Source of the DNA: an uncultured Verrucomicrobiae bacterium
Lineage (GTDB): Bacteria; Verrucomicrobiota; Verrucomicrobiia; Chthoniobacterales; Terrimicrobiaceae
Length of the DNA: 64,000 bases
Direction: 5' to 3'
Assembly: GCA_963706955.1 (NCBI GenBank)
Contig: CAVPOC010000002.1
Coordinates: 192,001 to 256,000, forward strand
In this document: positions 60,236-64,000 of the stretch, one piece after another
Layout: each line of letters begins with the position of its first letter
Numbering within the stretch: position 1 is the first letter of the stretch
Notes under the pieces: model-generated
The model's database searches: none
Seen by the model: the letters and a program-made list of their open reading frames with translations, nothing else
Told to the model about the DNA's origin: nothing
Translations under genes and position numbers: made by a program

Positions 60236-61192
60236 CTACCATTCCAGCCCGGCATCCTGCCAACGCTTGAGCTTCTCAGGCTCAGTCGATGCGAACGCTC
60301 CACGGTAGTCACCTTCGGAGTATTTGAGATTCATAGCGCGCACCCCGCCCTGGACCACGCGAATCGAACCGGACTTCGCCTGCTTAAAATCGTCGCTGGC
60401 TCGATGGATAATACCCAAAGTGCTGTGAGGCAAGAACGGCTCTACCAGGCAGCCTTTTTCTGCATCATACATGGGAAACGCCTGATGGCACATCCAGTTG
60501 CACGTGCTCGGCAGGAACTCGATGCCGTTCTCAATGTGTTCCTCGAGATTCTCAAAAATCTCCAGATTGAACGAACATTGCTCGACGTGAAAATTCGGTT
60601 CCTTCTCCAAGGCACGCCGAATGCGATCGTCGACGCGGTCCCAAATAACCGACTTCGCTGGCATGGCAAACACGCCAGTATTGATGATCGGATAATCGCG
60701 ATACTTCTCAGCGTAATCCGAGCCGTGCAAATCCTTATAGATCTTTGTCAGGAACTGACGGAACGACTTCGAATTTCTGTAATTGGATTTGTAGGAACGA
60801 TCGATCTCCGGCGTCACGGCCATGACGCCTTTGCGGGCGCCGGCAATGTAGAGCTCGACCGCAAACCAGTCCTGGATCCAAGCGTCCGCGTCGATATGAA
60901 AATAGACTTCGTAGCCGGGGAAATATTTGCGGACATGCAAGCGCGCCAGCAGCGCCTTGAACCCGATCGGGAAGCCGGACGACGCGCTCAGCCCGTACTC
61001 CCAGTCGGGATTGGCCACGGTCACCTTCTGATCTTCGAGCCACTCGATCTGTGCGGGGGACATCCCGAGGTCCACGACCGAGATGTCAATGGTCGAGCCC
61101 TGCGGCTTTTCTCGGACGGAAAGGACCAAGCCTTGGAAGAAGTGAAAAAACTCGGCGTTGCAGCCGCTCGTAATGGTAGTCGTATTGCCCAT
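60236..61192 (-). CDS. GT-A fold glycosyltransferase-like protein
   Basis: VVDLG, FHIDADAW (DxD), INTGVF, EQ…N, NW…H pattern typical of GT8-like nucleotide-diphospho-sugar transferases. Confidence 0.6.
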   Translation of the reverse strand: MGNTTTITSGCNAEFFHFFQGLVLSVREKPQGSTIDISVVDLGMSPAQIEWLEDQKVTVANPDWEYGLSASSGFPIGFKALLARLHVRKYFPGYEVYFHIDADAWIQDWFAVELYIAGARKGVMAVTPEIDRSYKSNYRNSKSFRQFLTKIYKDLHGSDYAEKYRDYPIINTGVFAMPAKSVIWDRVDDRIRRALEKEPNFHVEQCSFNLEIFENLEEHIENGIEFLPSTCNWMCHQAFPMYDAEKGCLVEPFLPHSTLGIIHRASDDFKQAKSGSIRVVQGGVRAMNLKYSEGDYRGAFASTEPEKLKRWQDAGLEW

Positions 61193-61396
61193 ACTCGATG
61201 AGAAAGGTGGGAGGATTCGAAACTGGCGGACTCTTTCACATCAGGGCGCGAAAAGAATGTCAAAGTGATGAATGGACCAACACGGGGTAAACGGCTTGGC
61301 CCAAACTTCCCAGCCCTCGAGACCGCATGGCAGCAGGGCCGCGATGTGACAAGCCCCACTGCGGTCTAAGAGATTATATAGGCGACCGCGAAGAGT

Positions 61397-61455
61397 GTAG
61401 GGGAGCTTGTGTCAAGCGGCAACGAAAGCCACAGGCGCTTGGCAAGCGTCTCCAC
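61397..61455. repeat. REP-like doublet, family 2
   Basis: GTAGgggagcttgtgtcaagc…ccacaggcgcttggcaagcgtctccac; shares ccacaggcgcttggca with 12648-12663. Confidence 0.6.
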
Positions 61456-61763
61456 AAATGGCTTCTCGTGACCGGCACCCTGTTATAACACGACTGCCCC
61501 TGATCGGGTAAAGCGCCACGGGCGCGGCTTGAATCGTTAACCCGGGGGCCAACCGTCCGAGGTATCGGTGTCACCGCCGCATTGATCGCCTCCGCCGACG
61601 ACAATTTCAGCCCGGGAAATCGCCAGGTCCGCGCAACAAATCACAAAGCAGCCTGAGGCGCGATTCACTCAAACACGTACGCTGACTGACTTGAAAGCTT
61701 CTTTTCCAGTCCGTTGCTACGATGAGAATTGCCACATCGTCGCTCGGTTCGGAATATCGGGCC

Positions 61764-62401
61764 ATGTTTATCGAAAACGTAAGCCGTTCCGTTGAGGCCG
61801 GAGCTGAGAACCTGCGAAGAGCGCTCCTACGCTTAGTTTACGAGAGCCGGGGAATTCATCTGCCGCCGTAGCTTTTCGCTGGGCAGAGGCACCCGGCTCG
61901 TCTCTGCTGGCCAAATGCGACGCCGAAATAAGAAATGGTCTGAACCTTGGCGACTATAACCTGCTAAAAGTTTACGAGCCGTCGAGAATCGTCTTGGGTG
62001 AGAACTTCACCACGCGGAGAAGTTGTATTTTTCAGCTCTTCGGAGGCGAGTTGGCCATCGGCGACAACGTCTTTTTTAACAATCATTGCTCCGTTACTTG
62101 CTTTGGAAAAATCGAAATTGGCGACAACACGTTCTTTGGAGAAGGGGTGAAAATGTACGACCACAACCACAAGCATGAGTTCCGGGAAACCGGCCTCTAC
62201 GCCTTCCCAACGGAATTCAAAATCGGGCAGATCAAGATCGGAAGAAACTGCTGGGTGGCGAGCAACGTGACGATCTTAAATAACGTGACGATCGGCGACA
62301 ACGTGATCGTCGGAGCAGGTTGCCTGATTCACAAGGCAGTTCCCTCCAATACCATCGTCATGCGAAAAGAAGAACTTATCTTCAAACAGGCAAAACAATA
62401 A
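61764..62401 (+). CDS. Hexapeptide (LbH) sugar O-acyltransferase (5' part frameshifted, start uncertain)
   Basis: IGDNVFFN, IEIGDNTFFG, DHNH, IKIGRNCWVASNVTIL..VTIGDNVIVGAG. Confidence 0.8.
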
Positions 62402-62477
62402 AGATTGTCGCGGCCGTGTCCCATCGCTACGCAGTCGTGCCGCGCCGGATCGGGCTCACGGCCGACCCACCTTAGGG

Positions 62478-63169
62478 TTAGGGATTCCTCCTGTCGCAGA
62501 CGAAAACCCAGTTTTCGGTTCGCCCGAACGATATCGGGCAGAACTCGGTTTTGCCGACCAGCGACTCCATTTTCCTAAACAGATCTTGGCATTCAGTTCG
62601 CACCTCTTGGTTATGAATGGCGACATTAAAAAAGCAAATTCCCTGAGGCGCTAAGAGTCGGCCCAATCCTCGCGAGAAATTCCTCTTGTTTGAATTGTTG
62701 CGGAACCTCGACGCCCACGAAAACATCCACCACGATCAGGTCGAACTGCTGATCACACCGCGCAACGAAAGCGCCGGCATCCTCCAGGTGCAGCGAAAGG
62801 TCTTTGTATCGCTCTATCCGAAAATACTTCTTCGCCAGATTCGATCACCACGGGATCCTTCTCGACGCCAGTGAGATGAACTGCCTTCTTATATTCTTCA
62901 CACAAGATACTGGCCACGCTGCCTGCTCCGAAGCCGAGGATGAGCGCATTGGCGATTTCCCTTTCCTGGACATCGAACTGGGAAAAAGCCTCGCGAAAGA
63001 CTGCATCGAGTCCTCCAAATGAGTAATTAACACGGACCGCATCGAGGACGTATCGACCTTTGGAGAGGTAAATTTCAAGCCGTGGCGTGACCACGCCTAT
63101 TCGTTCTTCGACCTTCATCGGCGCAATGAAACTGGCGAAGAACCGCAGAAGATTCGCTGTCTGATTCAT
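62478..63169 (-). CDS. Spermidine-synthase-like SAM methyltransferase (frameshifts near 62830-62700)
   Basis: NYSFGGL, ALILGFGAGS, GVEKDPVVI, FDLIVVDVF, LAPQGICFFN. Confidence 0.72.
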
Positions 63170-63171
63170 TT

Positions 63172-63195
63172 GTAGCGACGATGTCCTCATCGTCG
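63172..63195. repeat. Single REP unit, family 1
   Basis: GTAG-cgacgatg-tcct-catcgtcg. Confidence 0.75.
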
Positions 63196-63254
63196 ACGAT
63201 GGCATCGAGCGGTTCAACCCTTACCCGAGCATCACTCATGGAGTGACATCTTGC

Positions 63255-64000
63255 TCAGAGTTCAGCGGCAATCCGCGGAATTACGCATTCCAATAGGGCG
63301 GTCAATCGCCCCGGCAGCTGCTGTCCGAACGAAAGCACGTCATTATGCGCGATCTGCTGCGTCTCCACACCAGCTGCAATATTCGTGATTGCGCAGGTTG
63401 CCAGGACGCGAATTCCCAAGTGCCGCGCGGCGATGACCTCCGGGACGACCGACATTCCAACGAGGTCAGCTCCCTGGTTGCGCAGCGAGCGGACTTCGGC
63501 GGGCGTCTCGTAGCTTGGTCCGGTGTGCCCGGCGAAAACGCCCTCAAGGAGAGAAAATCCAAGATTCTCGGCGCTCGAGCGGGCGATTTCTCGGTATCTT
63601 CGGTTGTAGACCTCGCTCATATCCGCGAAACGGGAGCCTAGTCGTTCGTCCGAAGAGCCCACCATCGGATTGCTTCCGAGCAGATTGATGTGGTCGGAGA
63701 GAAGAACGAGGCTTCCGGGCGTGAATGCCGGATTTATGCCGGCGGCAGCAGAGGTAAACACCAGCGAGCAAATTCCCATTCGCGCGAGAATCCGGATCGG
63801 GAATACAACCGCATCGAGTCCCAGGCCTTCGTAATGGTGGAGGCGACCGCAGAGCACGGTGAGCGGCACGTCGGCGAGTTTTCCAATTATTAAGTGGCCT
63901 ACGCGGCTTGAGCGGTTCACATGCGGAAAGTGGGGGATTGTCTCATATTTTACGGTCGTCACTTCCGTCAGCCGATCGGCAATCTTGTCAAAAGCGGTCC
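63255..64000 (-). CDS. punA: Purine-nucleoside phosphorylase (trimeric PNP-I type; 5' end outside the window)
   Basis: GRLHHYEG, DHINL, GPSYETPAE, GADLVGMS.VPE, ITN.AAG; frame open to the window edge. Confidence 0.9.
   Translation of the reverse strand, partial: TAFDKIADRLTEVTTVKYETIPHFPHVNRSSRVGHLIIGKLADVPLTVLCGRLHHYEGLGLDAVVFPIRILARMGICSLVFTSAAAGINPAFTPGSLVLLSDHINLLGSNPMVGSSDERLGSRFADMSEVYNRRYREIARSSAENLGFSLLEGVFAGHTGPSYETPAEVRSLRNQGADLVGMSVVPEVIAARHLGIRVLATCAITNIAAGVETQQIAHNDVLSFGQQLPGRLTALLECVIPRIAAEL

Noticed and set aside
60056..61201. 381-aa + strand ORF
   Set aside because: Antisense shadow of the GT-A-like gene, which has the DxD motif and more natural composition.

Overview
GC-rich (roughly 60% by eye) bacterial chromosomal segment, most likely Verrucomicrobiota (Chthoniobacterales/Terrimicrobium-like; inferred from gene style such as the H-X9-DG prepilin-like protein, not from a search). 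It is mostly core genome: hpf-scpA-scpB-pheA, miaA-hflX-rlpA, pdhABC with lpdA, msrA, an amino-acid ABC transporter, ltaE, cinA, nadD-rsfS, nagZ, nuoI-N, a SWIM-SNF2 helicase and PNP. No rRNA, tRNA, CRISPR array or transposase was seen. Main points of interest: (1) a divergent CHASE2 adenylate cyclase / outer-membrane beta-barrel / exported FecR-domain module that looks like a sigma-independent trans-envelope cAMP signalling system; (2) an intergenic region at about 32.2-32.7 kb with two parS palindromes and DnaA-box-like 9-mers (candidate oriC, no dnaA or parAB nearby); (3) a family of 58-bp GTAG-type REP doublets with compensatory stem changes; (4) a 357-bp MITE with 30-bp TIRs and a CTAG duplication; (5) a PheA with a gutted dehydratase domain; (6) a sirtuin directly downstream of PDH E2; (7) miaA lacking a canonical start codon. 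From about 30 kb onward many genes, including normally essential ones, carry single-base frameshifts, most likely uncorrected long-read errors rather than pseudogenes.
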